Source of the DNA: Parasitella parasitica NRRL 2501
Lineage: Eukaryota; Fungi; Mucoromycota
Reading direction: 5' to 3'
NCBI GenBank assembly: GCA_025201805.1
Contig: MU619364.1
Coordinates: 15,119 to 79,118, forward strand
Length of the DNA stretch: 64,000 nucleotides
Shown piece by piece: positions 37,440-49,560 of this stretch. The notes beneath the pieces were generated by a model. It had not been told where the DNA came from and did not search any database. It saw nothing but the letters and a program-made list of their open reading frames with translations. How positions within the stretch are numbered: position 1 is the first letter of the stretch; each line of letters opens with the position of its first letter. Both the position numbers and the translations under genes were made by a program.

Positions 37440-37820
37440 GTTTGTTCTAATATTCAAACTAAATAAAAGAAAAAAGGAGTTGAAACCTTTACGATATTTT
37501 AGGTTATTTTATATATTTTTTTTCTAATTTCTTGGCGCAAAATTTATTACTAAGCAACGCAAAACTATTTTTACCTTGACGTAAATATTCTTTTAATGTC
37601 AGCGCAAATAAATTTTTATCTCAACGCAAACTCATATTCAAAAAACAGTAAATGAAAGGCTGGAGAACGACCCTAGGATTGTCGATGATCCTAATGGTTC
37701 CCAGCACTCTCAAAGGTCTCGCATACCAAGGTTGTGTGTTACATCAAAGACCGCAATGCATTATTACAGTCAAATAATTTGCTTTATTTTTCTATGATTA
37801 GTTGAGCTATGATACAATGG

Positions 37821-39290
37821 TTACTTTTTTGTTGTCGATTCTAAAGGAATAATACAAAAGCGATGAGTATGAATACACAGGTAAATCATTGATCAGGATG
37901 CGTACCAGTATTGCTACTGGCTTTTTTTCTTTTGATGTCGTTGATCAAAGACGTATATTGATCTGCGTACGTCGCCTAATGAACAAACAGCTCGTACCTT
38001 GCATACAACTTGATTTCATGTGATAAAAACACTTACTTTGTGCTCCTCTGAATCGGTAGCCTTTCGCTTGGATTGATTGTGCTTTTCTACATTCTGTGCA
38101 TTTTCTGTAGCTTGCAGCCTTTGCACCAACACCTTTGCGCTCACCGGGTGCCGTGAGTCAGAGTTAGCATTGTATAAATTGACATACTCTTTATGACGCC
38201 AAATCCTCTGTGCCCTACTCCCATGCTCTGGCAAATTAAATGCCTATTTGAGGTAAGTTTTCAACAGATAGTTATGAATATCAAACATTGACTTACTCTC
38301 AGTAGCTCCACTAATTCTCTATCTTTCATGATGGCATACACTTGCTTAATCGGCTTTTTACCCAGATCCACGGTGCTGCTGCGTGTATCGAATTCTGCTG
38401 TTAATCCACTGTCCTCTCATCCAAGGATTACATGATAACACTTACGATTTAAGGGATTTAGGAGCCTTCGTCATGGGCACGGAGAAGGATGATGAATTAA
38501 ATGGAAATAACGAGCTTTCGCTTCTTGAGGCAGCAGGGTATGATTCTGTGGGGCTGCATTTGTCGATATGCACATCAAGCACACTATACCGCATTTTTTT
38601 ACAGCAGATTGGGCATTCTACTATTGATGTGCTTGTTAATTTGGTAGTTGTGTTGGCATTAGATTTCGGAGAAGGAGAGATGGGCAGTTGGGAGGACTGA
38701 AAAGTATCCATGGCGCTTATATTTGATTGATTTGCGCATATTGGATCTTGCAGCGAAGATGCTGTAGACACTGTTTGCAAAGATAAGCGAGACGATCGCC
38801 TTGAGGATGAGGCAGTTGGTATGGTAGATGTGGATGTCGAAGGCCTGAAGTCATCAGTGGACGCAAAATCATCTATAGGGTCATAATCGCAATGCATAAT
38901 TGTGGAATTCTGCTCAGGCGCAGTTGCCATTCTGTCTATTGATATCAGAAACTGTCTAATTTTGCGCTATTAAAACATGTGCACTACTAGATTGCCTCTA
39001 CTCTTTTACCGAGACTCCCGCCATGAATTTGCAATACTATCAATGTCAGCGTTGTGTTTTAGATTGCTCTCGTATGCCGGTTTTCTGCATGTTGGACAGA
39101 TTTGCTCGTTTGAAAGACCTCTGCGGATACAAAGGGCACAAAAGGAATGCAAACAGGTCGTTATTATCAGCGCATCATTGTATATCTCTTTGCAAATTGG
39201 ACATCTGAGCAGTTCATCTAGCGTAGACAATTGAGCAGTTTTGAAGTCGAAAGGGTCGTCGATCCCTTGGTCAAAGTGTGCAGCAGACAT
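37821..39290 (-). CDS. RAD18: Postreplication repair E3 ubiquitin ligase RAD18
   Basis: DDPFDF..LDELLRCPICKE..CLHSFCALCIRR..CPTCR RING; UBZ CPIC..HIDKC; SAP-like region and RHKEYVNLYNANSDS. Confidence 0.9.
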
Positions 39291-39584
39291 CGAAATGACA
39301 CACGAACTACGTAAAATAATAAAAAAAAAAAGGTTTGTCTGCGCGACTGGGTTCCTTTCACAATCAACCTCACACTTGAAAAGGGACGTGATGTTGAAGG
39401 TTGTTCTGGCCCTCATGATTGGACGGCATTACACGATGATTCCATTTGATGAGGGCAAAATGTAACAAACAAAAACGATCAAGGAGAGAGTAATTACCTT
39501 GGGTCTAAAATCGTATGATAAATAAGAGTTACTGCACATGTAACAATGTACTAGCAATGTACTTTTTTTTTTTTTTTTTTTTTT

Positions 39585-39594
39585 NNNNNNNNNN
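39585..39594. other. Assembly gap (10 N) after a poly-T run
   Basis: N bases in sequence. Confidence 0.99.
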
Positions 39595-39905
39595 CGGGTA
39601 GCAAGATTGCAGAACCCCTTTTCCGAGATTATCGTTTTGCAAATCCTTAATTCTTTAAATCTCGATCAAAGCAAGGACATTTTTAAGGAGGCCATGCTTA
39701 TTTCGAGTGGGACAGCTCTGTATTGTAAATGTAATGGATCATTCAGAACGTTGTACAAACCACACTGCTACCTGTGTTGCCAATTTGATTGATGTTCCGT
39801 GATTGATCAATCAAAGAGCGTATAAATTGAAAACAGTTTCACTGGGCATCTCTCTTCATTTCTCTCTTTCCTTTTTTTTTATTTTATTCATCATACGGAA
39901 TCAAA

Positions 39906-41096
39906 ATGGGCTGCTGTGCTTCGGTCGAGGAAACGGATAGTGCTGGTAGACTTCGCAATGAAGAAATCGAAGGACAACTTCGAATGGAGAAGCTAAATAG
40001 CAAAAATGAGGTTAAATTATTACTGCTCGGTATATATATGTTTATCGTTATTTGCTTGCGAATCTCAATAACTGACCCCATGTCCCTATTGTTAGGCGCC
40101 GGAGAATCTGGAAAATCAACGATTCTAAAGCAAATGAAATTGATTCACGATGGCGGATTCACACAGGAAGAAAAAGAGGCATACAAAGAGATTATCTTTA
40201 GTAATTCAGTTCAATCTATGTATGTCCTATTGGAGGCGATGGAAACCCTGGGTATCCCGCTCTCGGATCCATCAAAGCAAACGCCCTTCGACTATATCAT
40301 GGATCAGTGTCAAAAGACGGATTGTCTCTCAATGTTACCGGAATCAGTCAAAGCTATTCAACTATTATGGCAAGACGAAGGCGTCCAAGCAGCGTATGCG
40401 AGAAGAAATGAATTCCAATTGAATGACTCAGCATCCTAGTGAGTGTCGCTTTCTTTTCGTTAATACATTGTGATATTGATTCCCCCTCGTAGCTACTTTG
40501 ATTCCATCGAGCGTATAGGTGAGCCAGACTATCTCCCCACAGATCAAGACGTTTTACGGTCACGTGTAAAGACAACGGGCATTGCAGAGAGCAAGTTCAT
40601 GTTTGGCACGCTTACATATCGCATGTTTGACGTTGGAGGGCAGCGCTCTGAACGTAAAAAGTGGATTCACTGCTTTGAGGATGTTACAGCCATCATATTC
40701 TTGGTTGCTATTTCTGAATATGATCAGGTCTTGATAGAGGACGAGTCAGTAAACAGGATGCAAGAAGCTTTGACTCTGTTTGATTCCATTTGCAACTCAA
40801 GATGGTTTGAAAGGACCTCCACCATTTTATTCTTAAACAAGACTGATTTATTCAAGCAAAAGCTACCAAAGAGCCCATTAGTTGATTATTTTCCTGACTA
40901 CAAGGGAGCCGCCGATGACTATGAAAAAGCAAGCAGCTATCTTACGCAGCGATTCATCTCGCTCAATGCCTCAACACTAAAGCAGGTTTACACTCATCTA
41001 ACTTGCGCAACAGACACTGAACAAGTAAAGTTTGTTATGACCGCTGTCAATGATATCATTCTTCAAACAAACTTACGAGATGTTGGTTTGATTTAA
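39906..41096 (+). CDS. Heterotrimeric G-protein alpha subunit (3 exons)
   Basis: MGCCAS lipidation motif; [39 protein letters not shown]. Confidence 0.96.
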
Positions 41097-41630
41097 AGAC
41101 ATGATGTATACCCTTAAATTTCAAACAAAACATGTACAGTACAGTCAATAATTGTCACTTTCATAAAAATGATTGGCCGAAAGGCAAAAATAATTGGCGG
41201 CAATTGAAAAATAAATGTCACAAGCTCAATTCTTTTTGTCATTTTGCCAAGGATATTTGTGCGTCTGTAGTGCGCTATTCTAATTTGAACACCCGACCTC
41301 TGTTTGCCTGCTTGTTCTAAGCAAGTATTCCCCAAAACGGGTGTTTGTGTAGCGGAGGGTGGCTCCTGAACAGATGCTCTTTGATTACAATTGTGTGCCC
41401 TATTTCAGGTCGCTTTGTACAGTCAATCAGTGCTATTTTTCAAATTAGACGTAAAACTCTACTCTCATGTTCTTAACAAATCTAGTCTTAATTAATTAAT
41501 CTTGATACGCTTTTCTTTTTATGTAACTGTATCTATTAAGTTGCGTTAATGTAAAAGATGGCTTATTTTAAATGGCATAATTCAATCACATCGAACCTTA
41601 ATAAACCTTTTAACAAACTTCCTTAACCGG

Positions 41631-44600
41631 AAACATTATTCAATATTAATATGGATCTTTATGTCAAAAGCTCCTAATACATAAGCTCAAACTTGTGCTC
41701 AAACTTGTGCTTTGATTTATAGATATATCATCGACTTTGCTTTGTAAGAGCAAAACCTTGCTGCCCTTTAGATAATATATCGCCAGAGATGAATGGATAA
41801 ATATAGATGCATGAACAGAGGAATTCAAAATGGATGTGAAAGGTGAAAGTATGTAAAAAAAAAAAAAAAAGATATAGGATCGAAGGAAAACCATAGCAAT
41901 CGATATTCAAGTTTGGAGGTGGTACGCATCTTATGCCAATGATATGGGGTATCTGATGGATTAAGACTGAGGACAGAGTGAAAATATGGAAATCACCTTC
42001 AATAAACAGCCAATCCATACGTGCTTTTGTATTCTGTTGCTATTTTGGAGATGTAGCAGAGCATGTATTTTTAATAGCCAATGAATTAAACAAAGTTATA
42101 CTGTACATTATTATCAATGATTTTATTATAGTTTTAGAAACATCCTGGCGTATTAGTACTAGAAACAAGCTATAGAACTATGGCTTTTTATATAAAAGGC
42201 AGAGCAAAAAAATAGTAGATAATCTATTATGAAAGTAAGTTTATCTTACATATTGGTTGAGAAGTATGTAGTCGCATTGGCCTATCGTAGAGGCGAAACA
42301 AACATAACTTTGTTAAAACAGACATACATCAAAATACGACAAAAGAAACTTCATTAGAGGAGCCATTGACTAAAGATCCGCATTATCATAAATATTTCCA
42401 TATTTTACTCAAAAGGCTAAATATGCCCCTATAGACTTAAAGGAGAGAACATCTACCTTATATTAAGTAGTTTCCTGTTTTTGTGTATTATTTAGTAAAT
42501 ATCTCTTATTTATTTTCAAGACTTAAAAGAAAATAGAGCCTTTTTTTTAAATTGAGTTTCTCTTTATTCAAATGGATTACAAGTCATTCGAACACCTGTA
42601 GAAATATGGAGCCAACTTTCATCTGCTTGCTTTTTGAATCCATCTCGCTCTTCTTCTCCTTCTTCTGAATCCAGATTGCTAGTGTCACTATCAATACCTT
42701 CAATATCAGTCATATCAACCAAAGAATCTGACATTTCTACAAATAGCGGAGCTTTGGATCTGGTAGCATCATTACAAGGTGGGGTGTAATATGTATTGAT
42801 ATGATTACTTGGGAGATGAGAGGGTGGCACCATGTTAGTAGCTTTTTCAAATTTCTGAATAATGGAGCTAACTGAATTCCGATTTGATTTTAAAGTATGT
42901 TGTGAATATTGAGTAGTCTCTTCAATATCACTCCGGATCATCAGAAGATTATTGATTTCATCAATAAAACCAGCCATGCTTGCGAGTGATGTAGAGAAAT
43001 GGGACCGAAAGCGAGGAATCACAATGTAAAAACCATTTTGAGTATAGTGGGTGGTAGAACCAATGCCGACGGTACTCGAGATTTGTAAAAACCAAGTTTT
43101 TACATCCCATTGAATATCCTTCAATAATCCCAGATTGTATCCAGACTATCTTTTGATTCCCTGCATAATTTCCACTATCACGTTCATTCTTTTCGTTGAA
43201 CCATACTCATTATTTGTTCTCGAAATTCGGTATAAGTCTGTAGTACATAATTTATCTGTAGCTAGTAACATGGATATAAGTATATGTCTTGTAGTGCTTC
43301 GAAGCGTATTCCCAGTTTCCAGATACGCCTCCGGGATACAGTTCTTCTTTGCCTTTCTTCATACTATCCGAAACTGATTCGCCACATTTGATACGGATCA
43401 GATTGTTGTTTGACGAGAAAATTCTTCTAAATAATGAGTCCCAAATATTTAATATATAATCTTTTTTGACGGCATTGGATCCAATATCAGCTGGTTATTT
43501 TCATAGATGTCAAGACAGGTTGAGAACAGCTTATATACAACTCACGTGGAAGGTGCAAGGTTTGTTTCAGAAAGTAGTTTAGACATATATTGATCGGCCA
43601 TAAGAACGCTATTTGTATTGATACACATTTTGCGCAATAGACTCCATTTTCAGTAAAGGACATATCTAGAGAATAATATATCTAGATAATTGTTTAGTGT
43701 TGTATATTTTCTTTTGAGTAAAGCCCAAACATTTTATCGAATAACAGTGCTTAACCATTATCATTAAAATCAAGAATACAAGACAGATCAAGAGTCATTC
43801 GTTTTTTTTTTGTTGAGGTGAAAGCTTCTTCTTTTCTGTGGATAGTTGATGTAGCTTTAAAGCATTTTGGTAGAAAACATGTTGAGCATTGATTAATCCT
43901 AAGGACTTTGCTTCACTGGTTTGATTGCTGCTGCTGCTGCCACTCTTACTACCTTCTCCTTGATTACTTGGTTCATTTCGTACCGATCTGAGCCCTTTTT
44001 GAAGTAATTCTTCAAGTATAATATTTTTATCAAGTTTGCTGTTCCTCTTCATGGTTTCATATTGTTGTTGGAGCATTTACTTCTTGAGCGTGTCAAACTC
44101 AATTTGATAAAGATCGAATATACCTTCTTTTTTCGTATATTTATGCATTTTCTTTGCGTATGTTTGTACATCAGGCTTTAGCCTACATCTATTAAATACA
44201 GGATCAAAAGCTGTTTTATATTTATCAAATGATTGCATTGCAGTGGCTGATCTTGATTGCTTTTGTTCTTGGTTTAGATCATTGTATATTAAGGATTTGA
44301 ATTCACACCAATACATAATGGGAACATTAGCTAGGATCTTTGGGATCTTGAGAGTAGCTGTTTCTTTTGAAGATATCTTAAAAGTACGAGGTATTCCATG
44401 TGCTTTAGGGGCTTCATCTACCGGATGCAACATATTATGTATGATAGATAGCTAAACGTGTTTCATGCTCTTCAAATAAAATTATCAAAAATATCCAATC
44501 AAATTCGTACTTTACATCCGGATTTTAGAAACTAAAAAGGAGCTATGTATCACCTCTACGATAGGCCAATGCGACTACATACTTCTCAACCAATATGTAA

Positions 44601-45214
44601 GATAAACTTACTTTCATAATAGATTATCTACTATTTCTTGCTCTGCCTTTTATATAAAAAGCCATAGTTCTATAGCTTGTTTCTAGTACTAATACGCCAG
44701 GATATTTCTAAAACTATAATATAATCATTGATAATAATGTACAGTATAACTTTGTTTAATTCATTGGCTATTAAAAATACATGCTCTGCTACATCTCCAA
44801 AATAGCAACAGAATACAAAAGCACGTATGGATTGGCTGTTTATTGAAGGTGATTTCCATATTTTCACTCTGTCCTCAGTCTTAATCCATCAGATACCCCA
44901 TATCATTGGCATAAGATGCGTACCACCTCCAAACTTGAATATCGATTGCTATGGTTTTCCTTCGATCCTATATCTTTTTTTTTTTTTTTTACATACTTTC
45001 ACCTTTCACATCCATTTTGAATTCCTCTGTTCATGCATCTATATTTATCCATTCATCTCTGGCGATATATTATCTAAAGGGCAGCAAGGTTTTGCTCTTA
45101 CAAAGCAAAGTCGATGATATATCTATAAATCAAAGCACAAGTTTGAGCACAAGTTTGAGCTTATGTATTAGGAGCTTTTGACATAAAGATCCATATTAAT
45201 ATTGAATAATGTTT
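41631..45214. mobile_element. Element C: decayed element with ~660-bp inverted arms derived from a canonical Tc1 transposase and nuclease-like cargo
   Basis: 41631-42293 mirrors 44553-45214 with few substitutions; arm encodes KFGGGTHLMPMIWG (41909-41950; Tc1 KHGGGSVMVWG motif) and LRSM*SHWPIVEAK (42257-42298; Tc1 C-terminal SMPxR..V..AKG). Possible degenerate outer tips at TA|CAGTCAATCAGTGC (41420) and GCACCGATTG|TA (45314). Confidence 0.78.
42564..44433 (-). pseudogene. Cargo of element C: disrupted member of the same nuclease-like family
   Basis: Frames broken by stops and frameshifts; YPGGV (degenerate PD, ~43330), TDLYRIS (~43230), FLQI..NGFYIV..FSTSL collinear with B cargo DLARV, FQI, GLYVM, FPSSL. 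Confidence 0.6.
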
Positions 45215-45437
45215 ATAAGGAATCGCTACCTCTCTTTCTTCAGTCCAAGCAACTGCATTTGGCCAAAACGCTTACCTTGATTTTGTCGAAAAAGGACATT
45301 AGAAGCACCGATTGTACACCCACACTCGAATGTAAATTTTCTGTGTTTGTTTGCTAGTTTGTGCGTTAATTTTTGACACATTCCTTAGAAACTACAACAG
45401 CAATGCTAAACATTTATTTTCCTTTTCAACAAATAAA

Positions 45438-47175
45438 ATGTTGAAAAATGAAGAAAAAGAGCCTGGAGTAATCGTATTACATAATGAAAATAACGTTAAA
45501 GCTGTCGATTCTTTTGCACCAGGTGATCCGACTGCAGAAACAAGCAATAGTAACGCCGACATCGCTGAAAACAACTGTTCAATCCATAACATGCCACCGA
45601 AGAAATTTATGGAGCCCACAATACGACATGGTTTAATGTCAATTGTACGGTCTTCGTGGCTCAATGTATTACTCGTGTTTGTACCCCTTGGATGGGCTTC
45701 CCATTTTGTCTGGAATTCTACTACGACATTTATCCTCAACTTTGTAGCTATTGTACCTCTAGCCAAACTATTAGGATTTGCCACAGAAGACATTGCTTTA
45801 AGAACAGGAGAAGTCATTGGTGGTTTGCTGAATGCTACATTCGGAAACTCGATAGAGTTGATCATCAGTATCATTGCACTGACACAAAACCTAGTTATTG
45901 TGGTGCAAGCATCAATGCTAGGTTCTATTTTATCAAATTTACTGATTGTATTAGGCATGAGTTTCTTTGCTGGTGGCCTTAGATACAAGGAACAAATTTT
46001 CAACATCACATCAGCACAGACATCTGCCTCTTTACTGTTTATATCTGTTGTATCGCTTCTCTTACCAGCTGCATTTTATGGATCTACAGTTAATGCGGAG
46101 ACAGCCGCAAAGGAAAGATCAGACATTTTGAACATTTCGAGGGCAACGGCAATTATCTTGTTGGTCATCTACTTTGCTTATATGGTATTCCAGGTATGTA
46201 TACATATGAAAAAAAAAAAAAAGACATTTCGTTTTTAAGACCTCGTATACCGGCATAGTTGAAAACACACAGGACATTGGTAAGTCATCCAGGAAATTTC
46301 AGTATAAAGCAAGAACTAATACTGGAATACACGAATTAGTTTTTGCAAGTACCTGTCGAGGCTTTCAAAGTGGAGCGCCAAGTATCTCAAATCAAACTGT
46401 TCAACAATAACCCAAATGCTATAGATGAGGATCAGCGAGTTGCAAACGAAACATCAGTGGGGCTTTTGCAAGAAAAAGAAGCCGAAGAAAGCCCATCTAT
46501 GCCTTGGTGGATGGCAATTGTATTGTAAATATATGAATGTATTGCACAAATGGAACGATACCAAGTATTTTATTTTAGGCTTTTGATAATCACAGCACTG
46601 GTGGCAGTTTGTGCGGAATTTTTAGTGTCGGCTATTGAGCAGGTGGTGGAGCAATGGCATATCAGCGAAACTTTTGTGGGGCTTATCTTGTTACCAATTG
46701 TGGGAAACGCTGCAGAGCACATAACTGCAATTACAGTAGCGTATAAAAACAAGGTAAAAAGTACTCAGGCACGCAAGCATGTAAATCTCATGGCACGTAT
46801 TACTTTATAGATGGATTTAGCGTTGGGTGTTGCAGTCGGATCAAGTATTCAAGTTGCATTATTAGTCACTCCAATCATGGTTATTGTAGGGTGGGGCATC
46901 AACGTTGATATGAGCTTGTACTTTAATGTGTACGAAACAGCAGTGTTGTTTGCGGCTGTTATATTAGTAAATTATCTAATTGTGGTAAGTACTGGAACTT
47001 TTTACCCCACCATATTATATACTAATTCCTACATCTACATGCGTATTATGGCACATAGGACGGCAAGAGTAACTGGTTGGAAGGATTCATGCTTAGTGCG
47101 CTGTATATTTTGATCGCAATTAGTTTTTACTATTATCCAGATTCTGCTGCGGGAGGATTGGGTGGGGCGACTTGA
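45438..47175 (+). CDS. VCX1: Vacuolar Ca2+/H+ exchanger (CAX family)
   Basis: [10 protein letters not shown] and PIVGNAAEH alpha repeats; QLKTH; [14 protein letters not shown]; DGKSNWLEG. Confidence 0.93.
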
Positions 47176-47762
47176 TTGAAATATTTGTAATAGGCAAAGC
47201 TCTTTGTGTCTAAATTTAAGGCAATCCATACTGTTCGAGTCTAGTATTACAATTAATGTCAAATAAACAAAGTACAGGGTCAATTAACGAGTTTTCCATC
47301 ATTCCTAGATAAAGACAAGCTGGTCCTCACCGCTTGACAAAGTAAAAGTGTTTAATCTCATCATCGTGCCACTCTTGATGATGGTGGCCTCTTAATCAAA
47401 TAATTATTCTGCTGATAACGATGTGATATCTCTAATATTCCTTCAATTCGCAATTATGGTACCAAGGAATAGTGATTTTTTTTTTGGTCCGTAACTTCTG
47501 CTAAAGACACTGCAAACCCAAGATCAAATAAGGGGGGGGGGGTTTCAGTAATATATTGTCATGACATTACATCTTCACATACACTTGCTTGGTGCCGAAT
47601 ACAGTTTATGTAATAATGAAATTTTTTTAATATCGAGATATTAACACGAAATTATTTTATAAACTGGTTTTATTTAAATGATATAGATAAAGAATGTATG
47701 TGTTATTATGGTTTCGTGTGGTGATTTGAGACAAAAGGGAGAGAAAAGCAGACATTTGCCCA

Positions 47763-49560
47763 TTAAGCGACCACAGTGGGTGCACTGATTTGAATTTCTC
47801 CGTAAGCACGATCTTGCTTGACCTTAATCATATCCTTGGTTGACAATAACAAAACGTCATAAAACATACGAACAGCCTCTGACTTTTTACTAAAGCTTGG
47901 AGCTAACTCGCTAAACTTGACAACACTAGGGAATCCTTGCTCAAGCTTTTCAAGAGTCTTCCGGGTGCTAGAATTAAAGGCTTGAGTGTTCTGCGTCATG
48001 AAGGATTCATCGCTTTCCATCTAATGCAATAAAGATTAGTTGACCTAATCATAGACGTCTATAATAAACTCGTACGTTATTGTTGAAACGGTCAAAGGCT
48101 TCTTGATTTATTTCGGCACCATCATTATAATCTTGGCCATAATCAATATCATCATCGTTAAACTGTAAAGCCGAAGTCAAACCAGGCCCGCCAGGTGTAG
48201 GTGCGCCAAAAACATCATCAATCCGAGCTTCCTTGTTGGCACTAGGAATAAAACCAGATGTACGACGCTTGCGGCTCAAACTGGTGAATAAGGCATCCAA
48301 ATCAGAACCAACTGCAGTGCCAGATGGCCTTGTCAAGTTGACAACAGCTTTTATTTTGGCTTCACCACTGACGGCTGTGTTCTATAACAAAAGAGTCTAT
48401 TGTTTAGTATTTTTCTCGTATCAGTAGTCTATCGATTTACTTGCTTTTTGAACAATAGAACGAGAATCTGCGGCATATCTAAGAAGATCATCAACAGGGA
48501 TTTCGGTCACCTTATCAACAACTAAACGCTTGCGTCTACGAATAGGTTCTGCCGCGGTAGAAGTAATGCCTTCCATACCAAACATGCCATCATCCTCGAC
48601 GATACCAACCTGCATCAAGGTATCCAGAGAAGCATCGGCCGTGTCGTTTGTAAGAGGTAGATGAAACTCATCCATGCCATCGGTATAGTTAGGGGCGTTA
48701 TAGTCGATATTGTCGTTCAAATCAAAGTCGAATTCAACTGCATCGTTCATGAGTCCATTGTTGTTGTTGTTATCATTCAGATTCATATCTTTGAGAGGAT
48801 CAGCAATGGCGTCCATATCAAAGCCATTGTCGGCAAGACCTGCTTCGTTATCTCGGCGACCTGCTTCAACACCTTGACCGTTGCGACCAGCTTCCCAGTT
48901 ACCAAAGCTGAAGCCGCTTTGACCACCACTTAATGTAATGTCTTGAGAAAAGGACATGTCTCCAAGACTATCTAAAATAGGGTCACGGCCTTCGTCAGCA
49001 GGACCGCTATGTATAAAGATTAGCTTGTGTGCTGATTCCAATAAACAGAGTCGCTTACCTTGAATTGAAAGGAAGATCAGGAAGTAAAATGTCGAATTCA
49101 GTCAGCTTGTCTTGCATTGTGATTGCGTTGGTGTTGCTAACAGTGTGGCTAATATCAGGCATGTTGATGTCCCCCTTTTTAAAGGCCTGTATACCAATAT
49201 TTCAGTAAGAGTTGCATGTTGAAATAAAATACGTACTAGTTTGATTTTGACGAGAGCTTCATTACAGTCCTCTAAAAGATATCTGGTTTTCCTGGAATAT
49301 ATGCGAACGACACCAAGTAACAACTGACCAGACACACGAAGTGCTAGAGGCTCTTCTTGGTGATTTGCAGTGATGGCATCTATTATCAAGCAAGTGTCAG
49401 TTGCCATAGTGATAGCCAGAATATTGTTCTAATCATTACCTATAGTTTTTTCAAGGTTGGTGTTCAAGAATTGAGACTTTGATATCTTTCTTTCCCAATG
49501 AGAAGCCAACCACACACGAGCCAGAGGTCCTTGCTTTGTTCTTAATTGATCAGATATCAT
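47763..49560 (-). CDS. RAD21: Cohesin kleisin subunit Rad21/Scc1
   Basis: [38 protein letters not shown]-domain; C-terminal winged helix [25 protein letters not shown]. Confidence 0.92.

Larger units (their letters stand above)
31069..37648. mobile_element. Element B: 6580-bp palindromic Tc1/IS630 transposon with 2367-bp inverted arms, two transposases and a nuclease-like cargo gene
   Basis: TA|CTGTTTTTTGAA...TTCAAAAAACAG|TA; arms 31069-33435 and 35282-37648 mirror exactly (coordinate sum 68717 for all mirrored ORFs); 1846-bp unique core. Confidence 0.92.

Noticed and set aside
37821-49560. RAD18 and RAD21 as a DNA-repair cluster
   Set aside because: Separated by unrelated genes, a transposon and an assembly gap; co-location is likely chance.
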